Source: Actinomycetota bacterium
GTDB taxonomy: Bacteria; Actinomycetota; Actinomycetes; BP-191
Direction: 5' to 3'
Assembly (NCBI GenBank): GCA_040005895.1
Contig: JBDTYE010000002.1
Span: 1-33,892 of the forward strand
DNA: 33,892 bases
This document shows, one piece after another, positions 27,378 to 33,892 of this stretch (positions are counted from its first letter, which is position 1; the number at the start of each line of letters is the position of its first letter). A program made the translations under genes and the position numbers. The notes under the pieces were generated by a model that was not told the origin of the DNA, made no database searches, and worked only from the letters and a program-made list of their open reading frames with translations.

Positions 27378-28880
27378 TCAGTCGGCGGGTGGATCCGGAC
27401 CCGCCTGCGCTCCCGGCGGCCGTGCCGGTGGCCTCGGTTCCAGCTTTGGCTCGCGTCGGGCTGCCAGGTGGGCGATGTGTTCGGGGGCGTTGTTGATTGC
27501 CGGCCGCAGGTAGGGGTGGCCGCGCGGGCTGGTCCAGCGGGCTGCGCCGTCGGGTTGAGTTCGGAGTTTCCAGCCGGCGTGTGTTTTGGCGCGGTGGTGA
27601 TGCCGGCAGAGGGCGCCCAGGTTGGCGCTGCAGGTGCTGCCGGCGCAGTTCCATGGCTGCTCGTGGTCGAGGTCGCAGCGGCGGGCAGCGCGGGCGCAGC
27701 CGGGGAAGCGGCAGGTGACGTCGCGCGCCATGACGTAGTCGGCGAGCGCCTGGGGCGGTCGGTAGGTGCTGCGTCCGTAGTCGAGCAGGTGCCCGGTCAC
27801 GTCGTCGAGCAGGAAGCGCCGCCAATCGGCATCGGCGGCGAGTTGGCGGGCCAGTTCGGGTGGAATCGGCCCGTAGCCGTCGAGCTGCGCCGGGTTGTCG
27901 GCGAGGCGGAGCAGGGTCGGCAGGTCGGCGGTGACCTGAACCTGGACTGTGACCCCGCTCGACGCGCGGCGCGGCTGGGCCTGGCCGGGGGGCTGGGAGC
28001 GGCCGCGGAGGACGGCAGCGAGGAACGCGTCGGCGCGCAGCGTATCGATCGGGTCGGCTGTGCTGCTCGGCGCGGCCGGGTCGGCGCCCTCGCGTTGACA
28101 CTTGGCGTCGGCGTCGAGCTGCCGGTAGGCGGCGATGGCTTCCGGGGCGGTGAGGAATACCGAGAGCCAGGCCATCGCATCCGGCTGCGGGTCGAGCACC
28201 ACCCGGCGATCCTGGCGGGCTGCGGTGTGCCTCTGGTCGGCGGCAGCCGGCCCGGTTGCGAGCACGGCGCGGCGTAGCCGGGCACGGAACCCGCTGATGG
28301 TCAGGCCGGCTGCGCCGGCCAGTACCTGGCGCTGCACCCGGTGGGCGGTGGCATCGTCGAGGTCGGAGAAAGCTTCGACCAGGGACAGCGCGTACCAGAA
28401 GGTGATCTCGCCGGTCGCAACGGCCTCGAGCGTCGCGGTGAGCCGCCCGGTCAATTCCCTGGCGGCCGCAACCCGGCGCGATGCGGAAACCGGGGACAGG
28501 CGCAGCGCAGCGGCGACTTCGAGCTCGGCCCAGTCGCCGCGCGCCATCGACTCCCGCGACGGCGAAGAGCCTGGTGAGGCAGTAGCCGGCCCGGTGACGT
28601 CGACGATGGCCTGCTGCTGCCGGCTCGCGATCCACCCGACGTGCCGTTCCCACAGCGCGAGCATGTTGACCCGGTCGGCCGGGTGCAGTGGCACGCGGTC
28701 ATAGCCGTCGATTTCGGCGAGGGTGAATGCGGACAGAGGTTCGGTGAGCAGCTCCGCCAGCCGCGGGTCCGGTCCTGACTCGTCATCGCCTAGAGCGTCC
28801 GCGGGCCCGACCAGCCGCAGCTGGCGGAGCACTGGCCACGGTGTGCCGGGCAACCCCTCAGAAGAAAGTAACTCGAACAT
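27378..28880 (-). CDS. DUF222/HNH endonuclease (13E12 repeat family)
   Basis: EVAAALRLS, LRADAF, LDGYGPI, YRPP..L..YV.ARD.TCRFPGC......CDLDH......G.T...NLG.LCRHHHRAKT. Start at ATG 28880 (MFE) inside an SOS box. Confidence 0.9.
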   Translation of the reverse strand: MFELLSSEGLPGTPWPVLRQLRLVGPADALGDDESGPDPRLAELLTEPLSAFTLAEIDGYDRVPLHPADRVNMLALWERHVGWIASRQQQAIVDVTGPATASPGSSPSRESMARGDWAELEVAAALRLSPVSASRRVAAARELTGRLTATLEAVATGEITFWYALSLVEAFSDLDDATAHRVQRQVLAGAAGLTISGFRARLRRAVLATGPAAADQRHTAARQDRRVVLDPQPDAMAWLSVFLTAPEAIAAYRQLDADAKCQREGADPAAPSSTADPIDTLRADAFLAAVLRGRSQPPGQAQPRRASSGVTVQVQVTADLPTLLRLADNPAQLDGYGPIPPELARQLAADADWRRFLLDDVTGHLLDYGRSTYRPPQALADYVMARDVTCRFPGCARAARRCDLDHEQPWNCAGSTCSANLGALCRHHHRAKTHAGWKLRTQPDGAARWTSPRGHPYLRPAINNAPEHIAHLAARREPKLEPRPPARPPGAQAGPDPPAD

Positions 28881-28888
28881 GTGTTCGA
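28873..28888. promoter_or_regulatory. LexA (SOS) box
   Basis: TCGAAC-ATGT-GTTCGA is a perfect actinobacterial consensus and overlaps the HNH start codon. Confidence 0.9.
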
Positions 28889-28909
28889 CCTTAGCAAGCA
28901 CGGCCGACA
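28888..28909 (-). promoter_or_regulatory. PafBC-activated (RecA-NDp) promoter
   Basis: TGTCGG-ccgtgcttgc(10 nt)-TAAGGT on the minus strand, with the -10 element 7 nt before the ATG. Confidence 0.8.
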
Positions 28910-28935
28910 AGGAATCCGGGCTGTGGAAAGTGCCG

Positions 28936-29688
28936 TCAGGACAGGTGCAACTCGGCGTACGCCGCCATGGCATCGCGCTTGTACTCGGCCAGGTCCGGGT
29001 GCTGCTCGTCGTGACGGGCTCGGAAACGCGGGTCGTCGACGTACATCTGGCCAAGTCCGGTGTAGCCCGGGCGGTCCGGTGTCCAGAACTGATCGACGAT
29101 CGCGTAGTGATCGGCGAGCACTTCGAAAACGCGTGCGTCGTCCGGCGCGACTCCCGCCGAAAGCAAGGCGACCAGTCGGGCGTCGACGGCCTGGTAGGCG
29201 CCGTCGACGGCGCCGAACTGCGCGGGTGTCCAACCCGCGGTACGCCGCCGGCTCTCCGCGACCGACGAGTCGCCGTACTTGGCGGCGATCTCGTTCTCGT
29301 ACTCCGCCTGCTGCTTCGGGTCGAACCCCTCGAACAGCTGTTCCGCAGGCATGTCATTCCCCTTCTGTAGATCTTCGATGGTCAGCTCGACGGTGTGCGC
29401 CAGAGCAGCCAGCCGGTCGCTCTCTGCGAGCAATGCGGCTTGGTGGTGCCGAAGCGCGTCGATCTGGTCGCGTCCGGAATCGAGCACGGCGGCGATGGTC
29501 GGCAACGGCAGGCCCAATGCACGCAGCAGGAGAATCTCCTGCAGCCGCAGCAGTTGTGGCCGCTCGTAGCAGCGGTGGCCGTTCGCAGCAACGCCTGCTG
29601 GCGGCAACAGCCCGACCGCGTCGTAGTGCCGCAGTGTGCGCGACGTCACCCCGGACAGGCGCGCGACTTCTTCGATCGGCCAGCTCAT
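28936..29688 (-). CDS. MerR-family regulator with TipAS-like drug-binding domain
   Basis: WPIEEVARLSGVTSRTLRHYD.VGLL.P; internal Met at MPAEQLFEGFD; C-terminal Y.GLG.MYV.DPRF...D.....LA.Y.RDAM..YA. Confidence 0.9.
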   Translation of the reverse strand: MSWPIEEVARLSGVTSRTLRHYDAVGLLPPAGVAANGHRCYERPQLLRLQEILLLRALGLPLPTIAAVLDSGRDQIDALRHHQAALLAESDRLAALAHTVELTIEDLQKGNDMPAEQLFEGFDPKQQAEYENEIAAKYGDSSVAESRRRTAGWTPAQFGAVDGAYQAVDARLVALLSAGVAPDDARVFEVLADHYAIVDQFWTPDRPGYTGLGQMYVDDPRFRARHDEQHPDLAEYKRDAMAAYAELHLS

Positions 29689-29695
29689 GCCAGCA

Positions 29696-29726
29696 ACGGT
29701 AGGAGTTGACGCAACGTCAACGTCAA
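29696..29726 (-). promoter_or_regulatory. MerR-type promoter with 19-bp spacer and dyad operator
   Basis: TTGACG-19 nt-TACCGT-7 nt-ATG. The palindrome gttgacg-caa-cgtcaac (29705-29721) lies in the spacer. Confidence 0.88.
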
Positions 29727-29795
29727 CCTCAATTGCATTCAGGGTACGTCGGTGACCTTTGCTTGCGGCTGGGTCTCAACGGTCTTCACGGCCGG

Positions 29796-30125
29796 TCAGT
29801 CCTGCTCCAGAGGCCACACCTCGACGACGCCGTGTGCGACCGCGCACGGATTGCGGGACGCGAGGGCAATGGCTTCCTCGAGACTGACTGCGTCGATGAT
29901 GCCGAATCCAGCGATCGGCAGGGCGGAGGTGGAAAACCGGCTGTGCGTGACGTTCACGCCGGCGCCGTCATGGTTGCGCACCTGCACGGGAGAGCCGGCT
30001 CGGCCCATGATCGCTCCTGACTGCTGGAGGCGGGCATCAGCAGCGTGGGCTTCGTCCCTGACCGCTGCGTCGGTCCGGTCGTAACCCTCCTGGTCACCGA
30101 ACCCGATCGTGACGTACCTAGGCAT
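29796..30125 (-). CDS. YciI/DGPF-like protein
   Basis: MPRYVTIGFGD..GY, LPIAGF.II.A.SLEEAI...S..PCAVAHGVVEVWPL. RBS GAAGGAG before ATG 30125. Confidence 0.8.
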   Translation of the reverse strand: MPRYVTIGFGDQEGYDRTDAAVRDEAHAADARLQQSGAIMGRAGSPVQVRNHDGAGVNVTHSRFSTSALPIAGFGIIDAVSLEEAIALASRNPCAVAHGVVEVWPLEQD

Positions 30126-30162
30126 GGCAGTCTCCTTCGCGTCGTCCGTGTTGCGGTAGCAA

Positions 30163-30175
30163 TTGCAAGATGCAA
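30163..30175. promoter_or_regulatory. Palindromic operator between the YciI and HxlR genes
   Basis: TTGCA-aga-TGCAA in the divergent intergenic region. Confidence 0.5.
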
Positions 30176-30213
30176 GCACTATCGTACGAGGTAGTCAATT
30201 CCGGGAGGAACCC

Positions 30214-30696
30214 GTGCAGCCACGCTCCGGATGCGCCATCAACGCCGCAGTGGAGGCCCTGGGTGACCACTGGTCCGTCCTCGTGCTGCGGGACATCATC
30301 TTCGGAGACCGCCGCTACTTTCGTGAGCTCCAGGCCGGCTCCATCGAGGGGATTGCCTCGAACATCCTCGCCGACCGGTTGAAGCGGCTCGTCGCCGCGG
30401 GGATCCTGAGCCGCGACGACGCGCTGCGAGGACAACGCGTCCGCTACAGCCTTACCGAGGCCGGCATCCAGACACTGCCGATCATCTACGCCCTGGGCAA
30501 CTGGGGCCTCGACTGGCGTACGGGCACCCGGGAGCTACGGGCACGGCAGGAGCTGATGCGCAGCGAGGGGATGCCGTTTGTCGAGGAGCTCATGGACGAG
30601 CTACGAACCCGGCACCTCGACCGGCCCACCCAGCAGAGCGACCGCCCCCGTCCCAGCGAGCGCCTGGAGGTGGCCCTCACGGCCGTCACCGGATGA
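30214..30696 (+). CDS. HxlR-family winged-helix regulator
   Basis: RSGCAINAAVEALGDHWS.LVLRDI.FG.RR.FREL, IASNILADRLK.L, YSLTEAG. RBS GGAGGA before the GTG at 30214. Confidence 0.9.
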   Translation: MQPRSGCAINAAVEALGDHWSVLVLRDIIFGDRRYFRELQAGSIEGIASNILADRLKRLVAAGILSRDDALRGQRVRYSLTEAGIQTLPIIYALGNWGLDWRTGTRELRARQELMRSEGMPFVEELMDELRTRHLDRPTQQSDRPRPSERLEVALTAVTG

Positions 30697-30726
30697 GGTC
30701 GGAAGCACGCCCAGCACATTTCGGCT

Positions 30727-31113
30727 CTATTCTCCAGCAGGCGGTTCCCAGAGTTCGATCTTATTGCCTTCCGGGTCTACGACCCAGCCAAACTTTCCAT
30801 ATTCCGAGCCGTCGATCTTGTCCAATACGGTGCAGCCTTCGTCGCGGAGTGCCTTTAGCAGTGCGTCAATGTCGGCTACTCGGTAGTTCACCATGAAGCA
30901 GGCGGTGCTTGGTGCAAAAGAGTCGCCGTCAGCGGGCACGATGGACCAGGCAGTTGTACCGCCTACAGGCTTGCCCGCTTCATCAGTCCAGCCGAAGGCG
31001 GCGCCTCCCCAGTCCTGCACATCAATGCCGAGGTGCTGCTTGTACCAAGCCTGCATTGCCCCCGCGTCTTTGACTTTGAATGAGATACCACCTATGCCAG
31101 TAACGCGTTTCAT
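30727..31113 (-). CDS. VOC/glyoxalase family protein, low GC
   Basis: MKRVTGIGG..FK..D, WY..HLG, MVNYRV.D.DALL..L, YGKFGWVVDPEGNKIELWEP. RBS GGAG. Confidence 0.9.
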   Translation of the reverse strand: MKRVTGIGGISFKVKDAGAMQAWYKQHLGIDVQDWGGAAFGWTDEAGKPVGGTTAWSIVPADGDSFAPSTACFMVNYRVADIDALLKALRDEGCTVLDKIDGSEYGKFGWVVDPEGNKIELWEPPAGE

Positions 31114-31165
31114 TCATATCTCCGCGGAAAGTCAGTTGTTTCCATCACGTCCAGTCTGGGGGGCC

Positions 31166-31193
31166 GGGCGGGACGCCAATTGGTGTCCCGCCC
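31166..31193. terminator. GC-rich hairpin, probable terminator of the SMP-30-like gene
   Basis: gggcgggacgcca-at-tggtgtcccgccc, one mismatch/G-U pair. Confidence 0.6.
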
Positions 31194-31241
31194 AACACGC
31201 GCCAGTATGGACGTGCTCGCAACTATGGAGGAACCCGATCG

Positions 31242-32207
31242 CTAGTGCTGCACGGACAGCTGGGTCAGCCAGTACTCCGTGGTCGGGGTAACCGGCGTAC
31301 TGAATCGGGGATTGGTGACAAACAGCCGGTGGTCCACCAGAGCGCCCGTCGCCGGTACGTCGAGGCTCGGGTCGGTGAGCGTCGCGACGATCTTGCCCTT
31401 GCGCAGGTGCTCGCCCAGCTTGACCACGACGACGGCATTCGCAGTGCCGCGGACGACGTACAACGTGTGGCCGTGCAGTTCGAGTCCGTCTCCGTCGGTG
31501 AGCGCGCCGCCCGTCAGCGGAATCACCCGGGACTCGCCGTTTCGCGGGTTGACACGGAACAGCGTGTGCGTCGAGGACACGACGACGACCAGCATGCGGC
31601 CGTCCTCGGAAGCCACGATGCCGTTGGCGTTGAACGCGCCGGCCACGAAGCTCATGTCGCCGGTGAGCGCAAGAGTCTTCACGTCGAGCGGAGCCGGTAG
31701 GGCGCCGTGCTCCCCGAGCGGGATGACCACGAGCCGCTGTACGAACGAGTCGGTTATGTAGACGGCCTTGCGGGTCACGACGAGGTCGTTGAGGAAGCCG
31801 GCACCCGGGATGACGTAGCGCATCAGCTCCGCACCGGTCGTTGCGTCGTACGCCGTCACGACGCCGGTCGGGCCGCCGGCCACCCAGACGCGCTTCGATC
31901 GCTTGTCGTAGTCGACTCCGACGGCTACCCGGCCGGCGACTCCCGGAATGAACACGCTGCCTACTCGGGTGCGTGCATTGCCGCGCCAGATCGCGCCGTC
32001 GACGAGCGAGCCGACGTAGACGTTCGCCTCACGCCCGGTCGTGATGCCCTCGGGCTGGAATCCCTTCGGCAGCTGCCAGCGCACGGGCGCGTCGAGGCGG
32101 GGATGTGCCTGGGCTGCTGGCATGGCGACGAGTAGGCCGGCGAGTACGCCGCCGGCGGCGACAGCCGTAAGCGCGGCGAGGCGGCGCGGAGCTTGGATCA
32201 GTGACAT
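31242..32207 (-). CDS. Secreted SMP-30/gluconolactonase-like beta-propeller (often mis-annotated as superoxide dismutase)
   Basis: Signal peptide; LPKGFQPEGI, YVGSL.DG.I, FLNDLVV...AVYITDS, NANGI, DGDGL. RBS AGGGAG. Confidence 0.8.
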   Translation of the reverse strand: MSLIQAPRRLAALTAVAAGGVLAGLLVAMPAAQAHPRLDAPVRWQLPKGFQPEGITTGREANVYVGSLVDGAIWRGNARTRVGSVFIPGVAGRVAVGVDYDKRSKRVWVAGGPTGVVTAYDATTGAELMRYVIPGAGFLNDLVVTRKAVYITDSFVQRLVVIPLGEHGALPAPLDVKTLALTGDMSFVAGAFNANGIVASEDGRMLVVVVSSTHTLFRVNPRNGESRVIPLTGGALTDGDGLELHGHTLYVVRGTANAVVVVKLGEHLRKGKIVATLTDPSLDVPATGALVDHRLFVTNPRFSTPVTPTTEYWLTQLSVQH

Positions 32208-32248
32208 GGGTCTGGTCTCCCTAATCGGATCAGGACGTTCTCCCTGAG

Positions 32249-32274
32249 TACGGCTGTTCTCCGGATTTGGACTG
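32249..32274 (-). promoter_or_regulatory. Second SigK-like ECF promoter candidate
   Basis: CAGTCC-N15-CCGTA about 40 nt upstream of the SMP-30-like ATG; same geometry as the sigma gene's own promoter. Confidence 0.45.
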
Positions 32275-32360
32275 CCTTTCGCGACGAACTTCTCCCCGTC
32301 GACAGTTCCGAAACTCGCGCCCGGTCCCGAAGCGGCCGTTCAGGGACATACGCTGGCGCG

Positions 32361-33521
32361 GTGAGCAGCTCCGTGCGGATCATCTGGGACGACGTCTTCA
32401 CGACGTACGACTTCGGCCATCACCACCCGCTTCGCCCGCTGCGGCTGGAGCTTACGATGGCGCTCACCCGTGCGCTCGGATTTCTCGACCTGCCCAACGT
32501 GACGGTCGCGGCACCGACTTCGGCACCCGACGACGTACTCGCACTCATTCACGATCCGGGTTATGTGGCTGCTGTGAAGGCGGCTCCCGTCGACCTGCAC
32601 AAGACGATCGCCGGCCGGTACGGGCTCGGCACAGCAGACAACCCGATCTTCGACCGGATGCACGAGGCGTCCGCCCTGGTAACAGGGGCGACAGTGGATG
32701 CCACGCGCGCCGTCTGGACCGGGCAGGCGCAACACGCGATCAACATCTCGGGCGGGCTGCACCACGCGATGCGCGACCGGGCCTCGGGCTTCTGCATCTA
32801 CGACGACCCGGCCGTCGCGATGGCCTGGCTGCTCACGCAGGGCGCCGAGCGGATCGCCTACATCGACACCGACGTCCACCACGGAGACGGCGTACAGGCC
32901 GCCTTCTACGACGACCCGCGGGTTCTCACGATCAGCCTGCACGAGACCGGGCAGCATCTCTTCCCGGGCACCGGCTTCGCGAACGAGGTCGGCACCGGTG
33001 AGGGACGCGGTACCAGCGTCAACGTGGCGCTGCCCCCCGGAACCGATGACGCCGAGTGGCTGCAGGCATTCAGCGAGATCGTCCCGCCGGTGCTGCGCGC
33101 CTTCCGTCCGCAGCTGATAGTTACGCAGCTCGGCTGCGACACGCATGCCCTCGACCCCCTCGCCCATCTCTCGCTGTCCGTGGACGGCCAACGGACCGCG
33201 TACCGGCTGCTGCACGAGCTCGCGCACGAGTTGTGCGACGGCAAATGGATTGCGGTCGGCGGCGGGGGCTACGAGATCGTGCAGGTCGTCCCGCGGGCGT
33301 GGACGCATGCGATCGCCGAAATGGTCGGAGGATCCGCCGAGGGGGCGACACCCGACGAGTGGCGCGAGCTGGCGTTCCAGCGATCGGGCGAGCACGCGCC
33401 GCGCGACCTGCGCGACGGCCGCACGCCCGCCTGGGCGGCGATGGATGGGGAGACTGGACCGCTGGCGCACGCCGTCAACGCGACGAAGAACGCTGTCTTC
33501 CCGCTGCTGGGCGTAGCGTGA
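32361..33521 (+). CDS. acuC: Acetoin utilization protein AcuC (Zn-dependent deacetylase, HDAC family)
   Basis: HPL.P.RL, GGLHHA, SGFCIY.D, YID.DVHHGDGVQ, SLHE....LFPG.G, QLGCD.H..DPL, GGGGY. TACGCT-6 nt-GTG start. Confidence 0.93.
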   Translation: MSSSVRIIWDDVFTTYDFGHHHPLRPLRLELTMALTRALGFLDLPNVTVAAPTSAPDDVLALIHDPGYVAAVKAAPVDLHKTIAGRYGLGTADNPIFDRMHEASALVTGATVDATRAVWTGQAQHAINISGGLHHAMRDRASGFCIYDDPAVAMAWLLTQGAERIAYIDTDVHHGDGVQAAFYDDPRVLTISLHETGQHLFPGTGFANEVGTGEGRGTSVNVALPPGTDDAEWLQAFSEIVPPVLRAFRPQLIVTQLGCDTHALDPLAHLSLSVDGQRTAYRLLHELAHELCDGKWIAVGGGGYEIVQVVPRAWTHAIAEMVGGSAEGATPDEWRELAFQRSGEHAPRDLRDGRTPAWAAMDGETGPLAHAVNATKNAVFPLLGVA

Positions 33522-33892
33522 TGGACCGCGCACGGCTGCGCGACCATCTCCTCGCGGCCCACCTTGCGGGCGCCGTCGCGACCAGCCGCGCCCACAACCT
33601 GAAGGCCATCCGGCAACTGCTGCTCGACGAGGGTGAAGGCGACACCGACTGGCTGGGCGTGCGACCGGCCCGGGAACACTCCTTCTACGACGTCCTCCGC
33701 ATCGTCGCCGAGCGCGCCGGCATCAACGCCGACCCGGCGCAGACCGAGGGCACCGACACGATCGACGTCGAGTTGAGCCTCGACGGGATCGAGGCGACCG
33801 CGGCCAGACTCGCCAAGGCCGCTCGGGACAGGCAGCGGGTATTCGCCGGCACGGGTCACCCGATCGGCGTCAGCGGTATCTACGGACCGGTG
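33521..33892 (+). CDS. Actinobacterial 'phosphatase' family protein, partial (runs off the right edge)
   Basis: Translated by hand: TGATG overlap with acuC; MDRARLRDHLL...LAG.VATSR.HNL...AER.G...D......G.DTID...TGHP. This is the family usually found after acuC. Confidence 0.75.
   Translation, partial: MDRARLRDHLLAAHLAGAVATSRAHNLKAIRQLLLDEGEGDTDWLGVRPAREHSFYDVLRIVAERAGINADPAQTEGTDTIDVELSLDGIEATAARLAKAARDRQRVFAGTGHPIGVSGIYGPV

Noticed and set aside
28881-29357. N-terminal extension of the 659-aa HNH ORF
   Set aside because: It overlaps the MerR gene in another frame. The SOS box and -10 define the start at 28880.
31190-31196. GTTGGGC (minus strand) as an integron attC R' site next to the VOC gene
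   Set aside because: No matching RYYYAAC R'' box at the expected position, no attC after the gene and no integrase.
31242-32207. Superoxide dismutase call
   Set aside because: No Cu/Zn, Fe/Mn or Ni SOD metal-ligand motifs; the sequence is an SMP-30-like propeller.

Overview
High-GC (about 70% by eye) actinobacterial chromosomal DNA from a mycothiol producer; the gene order resembles Frankia/Acidothermus/Streptomyces-type genomes (inference). The conserved backbone is rsiG(amfC)-class 3 asparaginase-XRE regulator, mshA-ybjN-gpmA, Rv0495c-like, Rv0498-like-proline dehydrogenase-proC, and acuC-phosphatase. It is interrupted by accessory genes: a GH87-like glucanase, a SigK-like ECF sigma/anti-sigma pair, AlaX, a frameshifted AbiEi/DUF559 gene, a DUF222-HNH gene, a TipA-like MerR, YciI/HxlR, a low-GC glyoxalase and an SMP-30-like protein. 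The best candidate for a new system is at 1-6675. A sigma28/WhiG-type promoter (CTCAA-N16-GCCGATGG) drives a DUF4388 protein with a tandem MshEN-like c-di-GMP motif, a long Ala/Glu coiled coil and a MinD-like C-terminal membrane-targeting tail, followed by a secreted S53 protease and a lipoprotein. This unit sits divergent from an operon carrying a twin-motif RsiG, the c-di-GMP-dependent anti-WhiG factor. Readable regulatory sites also include a LexA box overlapping a PafBC promoter, a 19-bp-spacer MerR promoter, two SigK-like promoters and many leaderless starts. I saw no rRNA, tRNA, CRISPR array or IS. All family assignments come from motif recognition by eye, not database searches.
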